A DNA stretch of 63,014 nucleotides, filler included, from Octopus bimaculoides (lineage: Eukaryota): the NCBI RefSeq assembly GCF_001194135.2. It is 4 parts of 4 records of this genome, joined end to end, with 100 filler letters (N's around TTAATTAATTAA, not from the genome) between each part and the next. Parts side by side here need not be neighbours in the genome. Positions count along the whole stretch, not along the records: positions 33,288 to 61,696 come from NC_068988.1; positions 61,797 to 63,014 come from NW_026410669.1; 2 more parts are not named here. One strand, 5' to 3'. The translations under genes and the position numbers were made by a program. A model generated the notes under the pieces. That model was not told the DNA's origin, searched no databases, and saw only the letters and a list, made by a program, of their open reading frames with translations. Below, piece by piece: positions 49,268-63,014 of the stretch. Numbering within the stretch: position 1 is the stretch's first letter; every line of letters begins with the position of its first letter.

Positions 49268-51111
49268 ATAATTTAGTATAGGTATAAATTAAAACGAGTT
49301 TAACAAGAATGATGTTGATACGGTGAACAAGTATTAGCAAATTTACCCATAATTCCGTATGTGTATCGTTTTCAATGTTTCTATTTACAGCGACAGATAA
49401 AAGAAAGTGTTTTTACATACGAAAAATATTTTTTCCTGTAGCGATTATGAGACGAAGTTGAAGCTTCATAGTATCCTAAGTAGACTCTAAGACAAATGGT
49501 AATATCGCCGGTCAGACCATCTGTCGTCTTCTAATCTGCTTTCTCCTTTCTGTTCTTGAGAAGCCTAATTTCACAATGTTGATGTTGGGGTAGTTTGTTA
49601 CATATCCTAGTGTTCCAATAATTACGGGTAAAAACCTGGTCTTGCAATTCGAGTGGAGTAGCTGTAAATTATCTAACAGGCGTTTTCTTTTTCGCTAAAA
49701 GGTGTTTTGTGCCATGTTGCTTTTCTGTTATTTAACTGTGTTGCTGTAGTTGTGACCAGTCATATTACTTGTAGCCAACCTCTGCGTGGTAAAATCAGGT
49801 TTGAGAAGAAAATTATTACAATCTTGTATAAAAGCCTCCCTCCATCAATTCATCTGAAGCTCAACTTGTTATCTAATAGGGTTGATAGATGTGGCTCTAA
49901 AGTGGTAGATAGTATTTATCGTATTTCCAATGATTAGTCACCTACACCAAACATACGACTTGTCACAACGATCGGTAAGTACGTGTATATGCATGTATTT
50001 ATAAACGTATGTATGTGTGTCTGTGTGTGTGAAATTACAGAATATATTTTGATCAAGCACTTCCACGGGGCAAGACAGAGAACAAACCCCTATTTTTAAA
50101 AGTTAGTACGTTATTGTTTTGTATCCTTTACGAAAACATTCACCCTTTAAATTTCCACATCTTGAAGATGTGCAGCGTTGTTCTAGAGAACATAGTCATT
50201 TGATATGGCTTAGGTTTGAGTGAGATAAACTAAAGAACTGAAAAGAATTAATGTGTCTGTAGCGTATGAATTATGCAAGAACTCTTTGTCTCCAATAATT
50301 TAAGTCTCTCCGCCTGTTGATCCAGTTGGTATATAACTTATCGTTTCAGTAATAATGCATTTAAAGCCGAATGCGTATATCGTCTAGTCAATTCGCAAAC
50401 ACATCAGCAATCTATCATAGATGTCTTCTTTCACGAGATATTTTTCAAGCAAGTATGTGTAGTTGAGTTTTGGAGTCAAAAACAATATGAGGACTATTTT
50501 TATCTTAAAGCTCTAGCGATGTTGTTATGATCTAATATTCAGCTCTATTACTTTTCCATGCTTATTTTATTCTAGATTGCTGTCTACGATATCAAGCCTA
50601 CAATTCGCGCATGCGCATTTGTGTGTGCGTGTGTGCGTGTATAAAAAGGGTCAACACGTTTTCCATCATTGCAAGTTTTGTATTCATACAAGTTTTTACA
50701 TATTCCATTTCAGTTGCTGGAATACTCATTTGGACCGAAGAATATTTTGGATTATTCGGGCTCCGTGTGTTATATCAGTTGGGGTGAGTCTCTTAACAGT
50801 TTATTTTCAAAACTTATTCATATAAATTATTTTGAAAAATTAAGAAATATAAATACAAAATGCACGAACAATGTCGCAAACAACTGAGAATATAGGGTTT
50901 GTATTCGATTATTTTATTTAAATTTGACACATTGGGAAGAAAAAATAGTCACGTGTTTGGTCCATAAAAGAAAGGGATTTGTCAACAATTTAACAAGTTA
51001 CATTTCTTTTGTCTGGTGTGGGTTCTAACAGTGAGACTTAAGGAGAGTATTTGTGGTCAAGTTGTAAATATTCGGAAAAAAACTCATTCAATTTTTTTTT
51101 TAATGTCTATG

Positions 51112-51496
51112 TAGGCGCAGGCGTGGCTGTGTGGTAAGAAGCTCGCTTCCCAACAACATGCTTTAGAATTCAGTCCCTCTGCGTGACACCTTGGGCAAGT
51201 GTCTTCAGCTATAGCCTCAGGCCGACCAAAGCCTTGAGTAGATTTGGTAGACGGAAACTGAAAGAAGCCCGTCGTATATGTGTGTGTGTGTGTGTGTCTG
51301 TGTTTGCCCCCCACCATCGCTTGACAACCAATTTTGTTGTTTACGTCCCTGTAACTTAGCGGTTCGGCAAAAAAGAACGATAGAATAAGTACCAGGCTTA
51401 CAAGGAATAAATCCTGGGGTCGAATTATTCGACTAAAAGGGCAATGTTCCAGCATGGCCGCAGTCCAGACTGAAACAAAATAAAAGAATAAAAGAA
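51112..51496 (+). mobile_element. Full-length tRNA-derived SINE
   Basis: ggcgcaggcgtggctgtgtggtaagaagc head, central (TG)n, 3' half and (TAAAAGAA)n tail. Confidence 0.9.
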
Positions 51497-53260
51497 TTGT
51501 ATTATTTATAATATAATTTATATTGTATATAGTTTTGAAGTAGTAATAGTAAAAGAAAACAGATTATGACAGTATGTATCAAAGAAATATGTACTTAATA
51601 GCTATGGACTTCATGAGTTTAAATATGACTGTATGCCGGGGAATCTCACGTTTAGCTGAACCAAATTAAACTTTTCAACAGATGAAAAGTCATTCCTCTC
51701 TCCCCACCACCACCGCCACCGCCACAGTATACAAACTCGTGAACTCGTTTCCTCGCACTGTTTTCTTCTCTCCGAATTAAGTTACATGAGTGTATGCAAC
51801 ATCAGGTCTACGAAAGAATTCTTTTTATCAATGAATTTCTAACAGAAAATTAGTTTAAACGAATCATAGGTGAAGGTGTTTTACTGAATGGAGAAAATTA
51901 CCGCTGGCTTGTATTTCACTTAAACTAGTAGATCGGTAACGATCCAAGGCAGGGCTTTTTTGTTTAGCTGCAGAATTTTAGCACATTAGTTTCTCGTAGT
52001 CGAAACACAACAAATCATTTAGTCAAATAGTTCTGAATTATTTTCAGGTAGCAGTGAATTGTGTTCCCTTTAACTTAGTAACCATCTTGATTATTTCCGA
52101 TGGAAATGTAATTCTGTGTGAAGTATAGGCTTATACATTTTGTATTCCTCCTGCTTCTGCCTCTACCATGTGAGCCATTGTTTCTCCTGACTATTTCTAT
52201 GTAGATATTACACATAAGCACGCATACATAGATTCATTTTCTTTCGTTTTAGCTTTAGAGGGAATATTTTATTTAGAATTAGAATCAAGCGGTAGTGAGG
52301 AAGAATTAAGTTCATTTAAAGATTATCAAGAAATTTTCCTCACCTACATTTCTGAATCTTTCGTGGTTATATCTTAATTTCCCCGATATAAGTATTTTAA
52401 ATCCATAAATATGAGTATCATTTCTTCTCATACAAATTTTCCGATTGTATATATGGTTAAATATCTTACAGATAACACAGGTCACCGACTTTTGCAGAAT
52501 GGAGAAGTTTGAAAATACTGCTTACTTGTATTTCATTTAGGACAGTAGATTTATCATTATTGAAGTCATATGTTGAACAGTAATTTTTTATCTGGATAAC
52601 CTTATTAAAACACTACATATCCTTTGCTTACTTAACTGTGAAAGATTTTGTTGTTAGCAGACAATCGTCTTTAATTTCTTTAGTCACCATCTGCGTGTTC
52701 AGAATCAGTGAGGACGAAAAGATAGCCTCTTCGAGAATATATTTTCGAAAAAACTTTTCAGACAGACAAGCCTCACGATACTTTTAGAAAACTAATATAG
52801 TAACATTAGGTCAAGAGAACTACCGTAACATTGTTTTATAACAATGCGATACTTCGTTTAGAAAAGCGTTAAAAAATATAATAGAAATCGAAAGCCTTGA
52901 AACTACATTTAACGACGTAACTTTCTTAAATTTTATAGGGAATGCTCCGTCGTAGCAAAAGCACAAAAATTATGTAAATTTAAAAATTCTAAGTGAACAC
53001 CACAAATCATTCACTCAGAGAGTTGTAAAGTGTATCGTAGATATAAGCGAATCCGTGTGTGTGTGTGTGTGTGTGTGNNNNNNNNNNNNNNNNNNNNNNN
53101 NNNNNNNNNNNNNNNNNNNNNNNNNNNNNNNNNNNNNNNNNNNNNNNNNNNNNNNNNNNNNNNNNNNNNNNNNNNNNNNNNNNNNNNNNNNNNNNNNNNN
53201 NNNNNNNNNNNNNNNNNNNNNTGTCTGTGTGTGTCTGTGTCTGTGTCTGTGTCTGTGTGT

Positions 53261-53298
<38 letters not shown>

Positions 53299-53628
53299 GT
53301 GTGTGTGTGCGCGTGTGTTACTTTGTTCTCCCGAGTCATCATCTTGGAATTGTCGATCGAAATGCAACTCATTTTATATGTCAATGTAGAACCGTAAAGT
53401 CTGGCAAAAAATAACTTTTACGTTGAAGATATTCTAGCGCAAAAAACAATACAAGAATGCTGGGGAATAAGAAGTTCAACAAGCACGATGTTGATATAGT
53501 AATCAATTATGAATAAATTTACCAATAATTCTGTTTCTGTATGAGTTCAAATGTTCCTATTTTTAGTGTCAAGTAAAAGAAAGTAATTTTGGTAAAGGAA
53601 ATATAATTTCGTGTTTGCTTTTCTGAAG

Positions 53629-53678
<50 letters not shown>

Positions 53679-54469
53679 CTCTTTCCATTGTCTCCTTCAA
53701 TAAAATCTATTTTCCAACAATGCAATGCAATGAAAAAATTGATTCAAATTGTCTATAGACGCTGTCTGGAACTAAATATAATGCATTGAAGAAAAAGCTC
53801 AATATTTAGAGGTTTTCTCACCACCTGGGTGTGCTTCCATGGATTGGTCGGTCGATCTCCCATAATAGTAGGAAGTTCAGCAAAGCAACATCATGTGTCT
53901 GTATAGAAGTGGCTTGCATTATCCTGATCCATGTATATCCACACCAGGTATCCATAGACATATATCCATAAAATATTCCTACCATAACACACATATCTTT
54001 CCAATGACATTCATGCTAGCTATACAGATGACTGCCATACAGTCTTTTTTGGTCGGATGATTTTCCCACAAGGCGTTTTATAATTTATTAGAAATATTTA
54101 CTGATAACCATCCTAGCTTCTTTTTACATCAGTAATTATGAATTTTGTATCATGAGATATATCTGCAGAATTGAAATGTTTTCTTATAATATTTATGTAG
54201 ATATGCGAAACCCAGAGAAATCATTTACTATTCGAATGATAGTCTTTCATGAGGTGGGAGTGTACATAAAAGCAATATAGTTATAGAAGGTTGGAGATTT
54301 TCCAAGTGATGTAGATCGTATCCCTCTCATTCGGTGCAGCAGCCTGTGACCCACTTGGCAGATTTGGGAATGTTGACATGATTGGTGTGCATGAATTTCC
54401 TAAGATGATGTTGATGGTGGCCCACTTATCTATCTCAAAAATGCCCGAATTTTGACCACTTCGTTGACT

Positions 54470-54655
54470 TTCTGCGAAATACTCAGCGGTATTTCGTTTG
54501 TCTTTACGTTCTTAGCTCAAATTCCGTCGAGGTCGACTTTGCCTCTCATCCTTTCAGGGTATATAAATTAAGTACCACTTGCGTACTGGGGTCGATCTAA
54601 TCGGCTGGCCCCCTTCCCAAAACTTTCGGGCCTTGTGCTTAGAGTAGAAAAGAAT
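54470..54655 (+). mobile_element. tRNA-derived SINE
   Basis: cagcggtatttcgtttgtctttacgttcttagctcaaattccgtcgaggtcgactttgcc...tactggggtcgatctaatcg. Confidence 0.8.
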
Positions 54656-54820
54656 ATGCCTGTGAATGCGCGGTAGGAAGACTTAATGAGGCAGTAGTCA
54701 GAAGATCCAATAGATGTAGAGACATTGATAATTTGGTAAAGGCTTGGTTTAGAAGTGAGAAAGGCTGAAGAGATATTTGAGGTGCCAGTACCCACTTATA
54801 TGGAGGTGATGGTACTAAGT
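54656..54820 (-). mobile_element. CR1-like LINE endonuclease C-terminal fragment
   Basis: AFLTSKPSLYQIINVSTSIGSSDYCLI resembles the APE ...GSSDH.LI motif. Confidence 0.55.
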
Positions 54821-57800
54821 TTTACGGACAGTACGGAAATATCAAATGTTTAGCTTCCCTGCAGAAGTCCCGACGATGTCAAGGACACAAATGTCAATGA
54901 CTGCAGAGAGAGAAGGTTTCGCAAGTCGTTGATCTGAAACGACTGCTGGTGGGCCGACCAACCCAAAGTTAGACTTGTAATAAAACTCATCTTCTATTGT
55001 TTTTCTTTCTTCGTATTGCCCATAAATCTTAGGCTCGCATCTCTTTGAATTATAACATATTCTCGATTATTTTCATGATGAACAAATAGATGTAAAAATA
55101 GAATCTGAGCCATTGTAACTGAAAGTCCTTTTGCTTAGGTCGACTTCTGAGAGATAAAATAGATGAGTCAATTAGTATTCAAAGACTATATTAACCCTGA
55201 TAATAGGGGCTAATATACGTCTTGTGTACAAATAATAGGCAGTGTACGGGAGCAATTGTGGACCAAATTTTAAGAATGTCTACAAGAAATAGGGATAAAT
55301 GTTCAACAAGTTTATCGTTTTTCATAACAGATTTAGTGAGCGAGAAGAGGAAACTACGGTTTATGAATTGTTCTAACTCCTGCCGTACGTTGATATCTGT
55401 AAGTAGTCTACTTGATGTTAATAGCTGATTTTGAACCTCTCGTCATTATTTCCTCGTTGAGACACGAATAATAAACTGCAAGAGAAGAGAGTAGTTGATT
55501 TTGCGCTAACTTATAGGGCAACCTCTGCAGACGTTAACAAAGGTTTTATTTGTTGTAATGGAAAGTAATATTGTCCACATTATCTAAGGCTCCTGCGTCA
55601 CACTTAAATAATTCTATATCTAAGAACATTTCCAGCATGAATAAACAGATGGCAATATTAGTGAGAAGAGAGATACAAAACAACTGTAGTTCTTTAAAAA
55701 GACAAATTAGACAAAGATTTAGAAGTAAATATGCGATACTGGGGTGAATAGAAAACTAATAATAGTGTGAAGTTCTGATACTTGGCTGAGTCTAATAAGG
55801 ACAGAAGATGACAATATGAAATGAGATGAGGAAATGTGTCTGTCGAAATAATTTGACTTTTTTTTTTGTAGAATTAATTCCGATGTTCTACTGGATTTTT
55901 GACATGTAAAGAAAGAACCTTCAAATTTCTTGGTTATTTGTCCTTTGTTTATAAAATTTTGATGCTAATTTTGTGAGAGATTAAGAAAATGGAAGAGTTT
56001 CAATTTTCTGTTTGGCCATATATTGATTATTCAGAGAAACCCTGCTGAAATAAAATAACCTTGAAATGACTTCATTTATGAGTCAGAAGTGCAGAAACAA
56101 TGTCCTGAATAAAACTTTTAAATAGAAAAATATCAATGAAATCTTACAAGCTATTTTTTTTTCAAAAAACTTTCAATAAACCAAATATCGGTAGCATAAC
56201 CACGTCTCTGCGCAGGATCAAATTCAATCCTTGCAGTTGTCAAAAGTATATCCATCTCATTTTTCAAATTTTAAATAGTTCATCTAATTTTCCTTTCCAA
56301 TATTAAACAAGAGTCGCATTTTTCTTTCGGTGAGTAAGACGGGTTAGTCCCAAATAGAATGTCTTTGTCCATAGATCCCTTAGATCAAAGCTGAAAACAA
56401 TGTTTTGCCTTCCCTTTTAGGCCACAAATGACAATTTTTATACCAGTATCGCAATCGAATCAAGAAAATTCAATCATAAATTCCATATAATTTTGTACAT
56501 TAAAGGAAAGTACATTTTCTTTCCTTGAACCAACTAATGTCAATGGTAAGTAATTTGATAAAAGAACAAGAATTGTTTTTCTTGTACTCCAAATATGTAA
56601 AATTATTCCAGAAGCAAGAAATAGATTGTTAACAGTATTAATTTTTCTCTCCTTAAAGAATTTTTAGCATTCGCACGCAATAAGATACACATTTTCTGTC
56701 TCAATGACATTGATGAAATCCTTGATGGAAACAAATGATATGCAATTACATTAAAGTTCATTGAACGCAATCCCTAATACGAGGAATATAATACAATTTC
56801 CTTATTGTTTTTATGTACTTCAGATAAATAAGATCCTTTATCAACGCATGCGATTTATTTTATGACATTCATTATATTCGTACGCTGTTAATTTTTGTTT
56901 CAACAAGATTTTACTTGTTGAAGTTTATGTGAAATATAAAACTTGACATTTAAATTTAACAGCAAAAACGAATGAACATTTTCTGTCAGAAAATATTATA
57001 TCAGCATTTATCTTCGAATATAAAAGAGGATTTCGAACATGAAGGATGAAAACGGTTGCAGAAAGCCAAGCGTGTGTCAAAGCTTAGCAATTTCATATAA
57101 ATTTATTGAAAACAATATCAATTTCAGTTAACGAAACTCGAGTCTCATCGAATATTTTTCAAAAGAAATTGATGGAATTTCAATTACTACTATGCAGAAA
57201 TCCGAAGTAGACCTACAGACGCAACTAATGGGTAAACATTCATAAAAACGTAGAGCACATAATGTTTTGCTTTATCTTAGTTTGATCATTGTTTTCATTT
57301 CAAATCTTTCCATGGGATTACTTTATTCAATAACTAAAATAAGACTTAGTCACATAATAATTCCAACCTGGAATTATTTAATAATTTATACATGCTACTC
57401 ACGTATGTATGTATGTATGTATGTATGTATGTATGTATGTATGTATGTATGTATGTATGTTACGAACGAGAGAGTGTCAGATAACTGATAAGTACATAAG
57501 TAAACTAATCATCTATGAAATGTATATCTAATAAACTAGACTTCCGAAATCGATGAAATAAGTACCAGAAGATATATAAAAGTTTTAATTGATTTTTTTT
57601 TCCTCCACACAAGATTTATATTTTGCTAATTAGATATAATTGCCTTTGAAACATACAAGAAAATAAATATTTCTTTCATTGAAAGAAGACAATTTATTTC
57701 TAAAGAGAATTATAATAGCCTTAATTTAGCTTCCCGAATCAATCCAGAGGAAAACCAAGCAAATTAAAATATATTGATATCTATGAAGAAACAATTCATG

Positions 57801-58369
57801 ACAAATTAATTTGTCCAATCTATTGTAGAACGTTACTGCTATTTATATTCTATAAATATTTAAACATCAAGCAATGTATTGACGATTGCATTACGATAAG
57901 GCAGGAAATCCAGTGCGGTACTGCCATGAACGGTCTCTTCTTTTCTAAACCAACTAAATAGTATTTTTGTTTGTAAACATGTAAACTCTGATAAAAGACC
58001 AGTAGATAAAGGCGTTTTAGATACGACCACCCCTTTTTAGATAATTTAATATAGCAGTACCTGGTATATCCTTCCCTTTTTTAAATACGTTAAGATGCGA
58101 TATAGGTGGCAGGAGGATCTGGCTACTATTTCTAACAAGCGAGCAACATCTTAAAAGGATTTCTCTCGTTGACTCAAAATGTATAAAGCTCGATGTTACA
58201 TGCGGAAGAGAGAGAGTAAAGCTGAAATTTCAGGAAACATAGTCATCAGAGAATAAATCTTACTGAAATGTTTTCTTCCCTTTGTACCTCATATATAGAT
58301 GTTTTTTAATTTTTTGTTTTAGTTGTTTTTTTTTTAAACAGTTGGTTGTTACTAATACAGATCATTTCA

Positions 58370-59400
58370 AACAACTAATCTTTTCTTACCGAAACTGTTA
58401 ATGCCAGGGCTAATCCTACACACCATGCAGTTATCATTGGTGCATATGGTACTCTCAAAGGGGTACGTCCTACATAGTTGTGATCTGACGGAGTTCCCTG
58501 GTTTTTCAACAATCTTAATGTTGTGTTTGGTCTCCTTCAGGGCTTTTCTAAATCTACGGGCTAGTTCTCCATGGGCTGTGGCCTCTACAAACATCACTCC
58601 TTGATATTTGTTGGTTTTATACCACGTGTTTGCCCTGTTTGCTTTGTCACAAGTTCTTTGTATCCTATTCCAGTCTTTGTTTCTATATCTAGGGCAGGTA
58701 CCACTAATATCATTAGGTATAATGTTATCTAATATCTAATACCACTAATATCATTAGGTATAATGTTATCATTAGGTATAATGTTTCCTTCTAGCATCCC
58801 TGTATACCCGAACCCTATCTTTCTGATCATATCCAGAGAATTGCATGAAGTTCTGTATATGTCTTTTTCATTTCATAAGATTCGCATAGTGTTCATTATC
58901 CTAACTAAGTCTACTATCAGTATGTTAATTTTCATGTTGTGTGACAAAGCTGAGTTCTTGTGAACAACATATTTTGAAGCTATGGGTTTCATTTAATAGG
59001 AAATGGAGGAGCTGCACTCTATTGTTTACAGTCTCTAACCAAAGTTCAGTGTCAAGGATGGGGAGTCTATTGTTGGGGTACCTAGTGGGATAATCTATAG
59101 TTATCTTCATACTTTGGTGGATGGAGTTAGCTACTTGCTGGATGCTCTCCATCACATTCCTCTCAGTTTCTACACTACCGTTACTAGAGTTTGTCCTAAC
59201 TACGATATTAATTTCATCTAGTTTTTTGTTAAACTTTACTATAAGGTTCTTCAAGATGTTTTTTTACACTGGGCTCCTATTGCATGTGCAATCATTTCTT
59301 TCACCTGATTGTTGTTCTCAGGGTTTTGGGTGGGTGCGATCCAGCCACTCCAGCGCTCTGTGGTGCTTTTCTTCACTGCTGAAGTGATGGTGGGTCCCCT
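58370..59400 (-). mobile_element. Penelope-like retroelement RT/linker remnant
   Basis: ITIDYPTRYPNNRLPILDTELW, KPIASKYVVHKNSALS, MFVEATAHGELARRF...KIVEKPG...CMVC. Confidence 0.8.
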
Positions 59401-59575
59401 CTGTGACCTTATAGGGCAGAATACATACATACATCTATAGGCACACACACACACATATTAACCCACACACATGCGCACAAACAAACAAAAAAAGGAACGC
59501 AGTGTGAATAACGGACAGAATCAAAACTATTGAAAAGGTTGCAAGACGCAACGAAAATTTTAGAAAAATAAAAAA

Positions 59576-59612
<37 letters not shown>

Positions 59613-61342
59613 CTTTATTTTAATTTATCTTTTGTTTCCTTAAACTATAAAGCACATCATATCTGTGAAACATATTAAAAGAAGGAAAATAAGCAGTACC
59701 TTCTAAGTTCATTTCGATTATTCTGATTAAATGGCTAGATATCAAATGAATTCTTTGACTTACACTGTCGAATTTTCACAAGTCCTGTTAGTATAAAATA
59801 ACTCACAAGTCTTGCAATCTTAATTAACTTTTGGCGGGTTTGTTTTAAATGTATGTATCGAATCGTTGAAGTTACATGAATATTTATAGTAATAACTCTA
59901 TGTATCTCTAATTACCAGCTGAATTTCTGTCTGTTCCTTAACATCGTAAGAGTATTATTCACGAAACTGAATTCACAACAAAACTTGGAATCAAGAAATA
60001 CTCGTTATACGTAAGTGATTACATTTTGTCTTTTTATGTTGTATATCATTAGTATCTAATACTATGTCTTGATGAAATCAAAATATACTATAAATATTAT
60101 GGTTAGATGAGATCATACTGCACAAATTGAATTATGCATTTAGCGACTAGCCTGCTTATAAAATTTCTTAATTGATTTGCAGTGGTATTATGTGGTGTTC
60201 GCCCCCGCCCCACAATTAACATAAATGAAACAGCTCGTAAAAGAAGAGAAATATATGTGGTATCTACATGGAGATAAGGAATGAAGCTGATGAGAGGGGA
60301 TGTGAGGAATTAATGAATAAAATAAACAGGGAATTGTCTATACATAACTGGATAAAATAGACGAGGGAAGCAAAGGTTTTTCACATTGCATATGCTTATC
60401 TTTTTTTCTAATTTTATGAAAATAAATTTCATCTCTTTTTAGATACGATTTATATATGAAATAATAATCATGTTGGAAACAAATCTAAAATAGCAATAGT
60501 GACATTCGATATATCGAAACTTATATCGAAAGTAATCATACCAAATAAGAATGGTTCTTTGTTGCTTTTGATGATAAGCAATTATTTGTTCGATCGATTG
60601 GACCACCCAGTCGTTATTGACGTAAAAGTGGCTGAATATTAAAAAAAAATTGTGCCATATAAATATTGTTTTTAGTTAGACTCGGCATGAGTCATTATGG
60701 AAACGGTGGGGAAGGGACTTTGAATTACAGGACTGCACCTGTAGTTCACCGGGTTTATGTCACGGGTACTGCCGATATAATCTCACAACGCTTTAAGCGA
60801 CTCGAGGCTCTGCTAAAAGACACTTTCTTAAGGTGGCGTGTAGTGAGATTGAGGCATGACTATATAATTGCATAACTATATAATTGCAAGCAACTTCCCC
60901 ACTCAGCCATGCCAATATCCATTGTATTCATGGCAACCATATCCAAACATTGCTACGCCAATTGGGAATATCACAAATTGTGGGGGGGGGGGGATGAAAG
61001 ACGGCGTAATTGCGTTATTCTCATTATTATGATAAAGTTATTAAAACGTGTTTTATTGTTTACCTTCTTGCCAAGCTGGACATCAGTATATCAAACTCTT
61101 GGGAGTTGTTAATAAACCCTTGCTCAAGATAAATAAATCATTGATCAAACAACGTCGGAGTAGCATGAGAAGATCAATCAAAGAGAAAATTATTAAAAGC
61201 AATTAATAACCTAGAAAAGAAATTAATACCAAAAATCATGATTTTTTTGGTTGTTTGTTCTTTTCATGAAACGATAAAATCTCGCTGACAATTATAAATA
61301 TAAGTCTCTTAACGATGTCTTAAGATCTTCCTTTATCATTTA

Positions 61343-61560
61343 CTAGCAGTATAACCCGACGATGTCCGGATGTGACTTATTATGCCATCTACGATAAGTC
61401 TTGCTAGGTGAAAATCAACTAAAAAAGAAAGCCTTACAATGAAAAAACCCTTATGATGTAAATATGTTCATAATTCAAAAGACGAAATTAATAGGGAAAG
61501 TCTGAAGGCTGTTTTGTGTAACATTATTAAGTGTACGTAAATTTCATCCGTCTAATTGGC
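61343..61560 (+). mobile_element. Possible non-autonomous Helitron-like repeat fragment
   Basis: Starts TACTAGCAGTATAACCCGACGATGTCCGGA (short GC-rich hairpin). Resemblance only. Confidence 0.25.
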
Positions 61561-61796
61561 TATACAAATGCTTGTGCAAAACAACTTTTTGCGCTGCCTT
61601 GATTATACATAGCAGGGTAATTACTTTTCGCAGGAGGTAGGACGGCAATTTCTGATGAAGCAATTGCTGGCGATCTGTTGCTACACAGTTCTGCTANNNN
61701 NNNNNNNNNNNNNNNNNNNNNNNNNNNNNNNNNNNNNNNNTTAATTAATTAANNNNNNNNNNNNNNNNNNNNNNNNNNNNNNNNNNNNNNNNNNNN

Positions 61797-62620
61797 GGTA
61801 TTGCACTTGAGAAGTGACATTCATAGGTTTTTATCTGCCGATGAAAAATGGAGGAAGAGGTTTGATAAGTTGCGAGGACAATGCAAGAAGTAAAGCGAAC
61901 AATCTGGAATAGTCTGTTGCTAATAATTTAGAATTATTTGTTGGTTGTTGTAAGAGTCTCTGGTGTGATGGAGATTGCGGACAGCATTGATAAAAATGAA
62001 TGTAAGAGAACTAAAATAGAGGAAAGCGAGACACGATGGAGTGGAAATACAATATATGTACAGTTTGTTAGAGATAAGCAAGAATAATGGTGTGGATAAG
62101 CATGAGGGATATTAGCACTATGTTGCAGAAAATAAAGAAGTATCTTAGTTGTTACTCGATCTGCGGTGTTACTCGCGGTCATAGGATCGCGGTTTCGATT
62201 CCCAGACCGGGCGTTGTGAGTGTTTATTGAACGAAAAACACCTAAATCTCCACGAGGCTCCGGCAGGGGATGGTGGCGAACCCCGCTGTACACTTTCACC
62301 ACAACTTTCTCTCACTCTTACTTCCTGTTTCTGTTGTGCCTGTAATTCAAAGGGCCAGCCTTGTCACACTGTGTCACGCTGAATATCCCCGAGAACTACG
62401 TTAAGGGTACACGTGTCTGTGGAGTGCTCAACCACTTGCAAGTTAATTTCACGAGCAGGCCGTTCGGTTGATCGGATCAACTGGAACCCTTAACGTCGTA
62501 AGCGACGGAGTGCCAACAACAACAACAACTCGATCTGCGAGAAATAGTAGATAATAGCAGAAATATTTTTCGAATCATACCCTTTCGTCTTAAAGATATG
62601 ACATGTATAAGGTATACTTT
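61797..62620 (+). mobile_element. R4/Dong fragment interrupted by a SINE
   Basis: Across frameshifts: LPMKNGGRGLISCEDNARS, KNECKRTKIEESETRWSGNTIYVQFVRD. Confidence 0.7.
62166..62527 (+). mobile_element. SINE with (AAC)n tail and 12-bp TSD
   Basis: ACTCGATCTGCG at 62154-62165 and 62528-62539; B-box GGTTTCGATTCC; slightly 5'-truncated. Confidence 0.92.
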
Positions 62621-62685
62621 ATCCGGACTGCTCTGGAGATGACCACCGTATTATAAGAATATTGGAAATAACAGGAAATAACAAC

Positions 62686-63014
62686 AGGCGTAGGAGTGGC
62701 TGTGTGGTAAGTAGCTTGCTTACGAACCACGTGGTTCCGGGTTTATTCCCACTGCGTGGCACCTTGGGCAAGTGTCTTTGAACATGTCATCCACGGGTGT
62801 TTTGCTCTTGGAACCACTTTTTAAACATTTCTGCTTTTTATTGTTTATCTACGATTGCGCACACGCACTGCACATACGCAAAACCTGTGAAAATGATCGC
62901 AACGGGTTCAGTTCCACTGCGTGGCACCTTAGGCAAGTATCTTCTATAGCCTCGGGCTAACAAAAGTCTTGTGAGTAGCTTTTGTAGACACTGGAAGAAG
63001 GCCATCGTATATAT
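62686..63014 (+). mobile_element. Two SINE 5' fragments (62686-62778, ~62900-63014)
   Basis: ggcgtaggagtggctgtgtggtaagtagc...cactgcgtggcaccttgggcaagtg. Confidence 0.8.

Noticed and set aside
51112-51200. tRNA-like A/B boxes here and in other SINE heads
   Set aside because: No complete cloverleaf; attached to SINE bodies, so not tRNA genes.

Overview
AT-rich, microsatellite-dense animal genomic DNA with many N gaps. The SINE and LINE families present suggest an octopus or other coleoid cephalopod (inference). Most of the window is decayed mobile DNA: Tc1/mariner/maT, piggyBac, an ISL2EU-like two-gene element, a Mag-type Gypsy with both LTRs, R4/Dong, Tx1/L1, CR1, Penelope and tRNA-derived SINEs. 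The main result is a small spliced gene that the ORF track misses. Exon 1 (2090-2240) joins exon 2 (5632-5762) through a phase-1 GT-AG intron to give a 93-aa secreted cationic peptide. It has a signal peptide, a Tyr/Arg/His/Gly head, a polyproline tract and a 6-Cys C-x10-C-x3-C-x13-C-x5-CC domain whose spacing resembles beta-defensin/big-defensin domains. That pairs a penaeidin-like layout with a big-defensin-like Cys domain, making it a candidate new host-defence or secretory peptide. A second secreted-protein gene (MKLFVALILTGIAVIVQ..., exons at 24807-24803 and 20677-20631) converges on it from the minus strand; its mature region is unresolved. Several long hairpins and inverted repeats lie between the two genes. 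All calls are by-eye translation with no database searches, and repeat boundaries are approximate.
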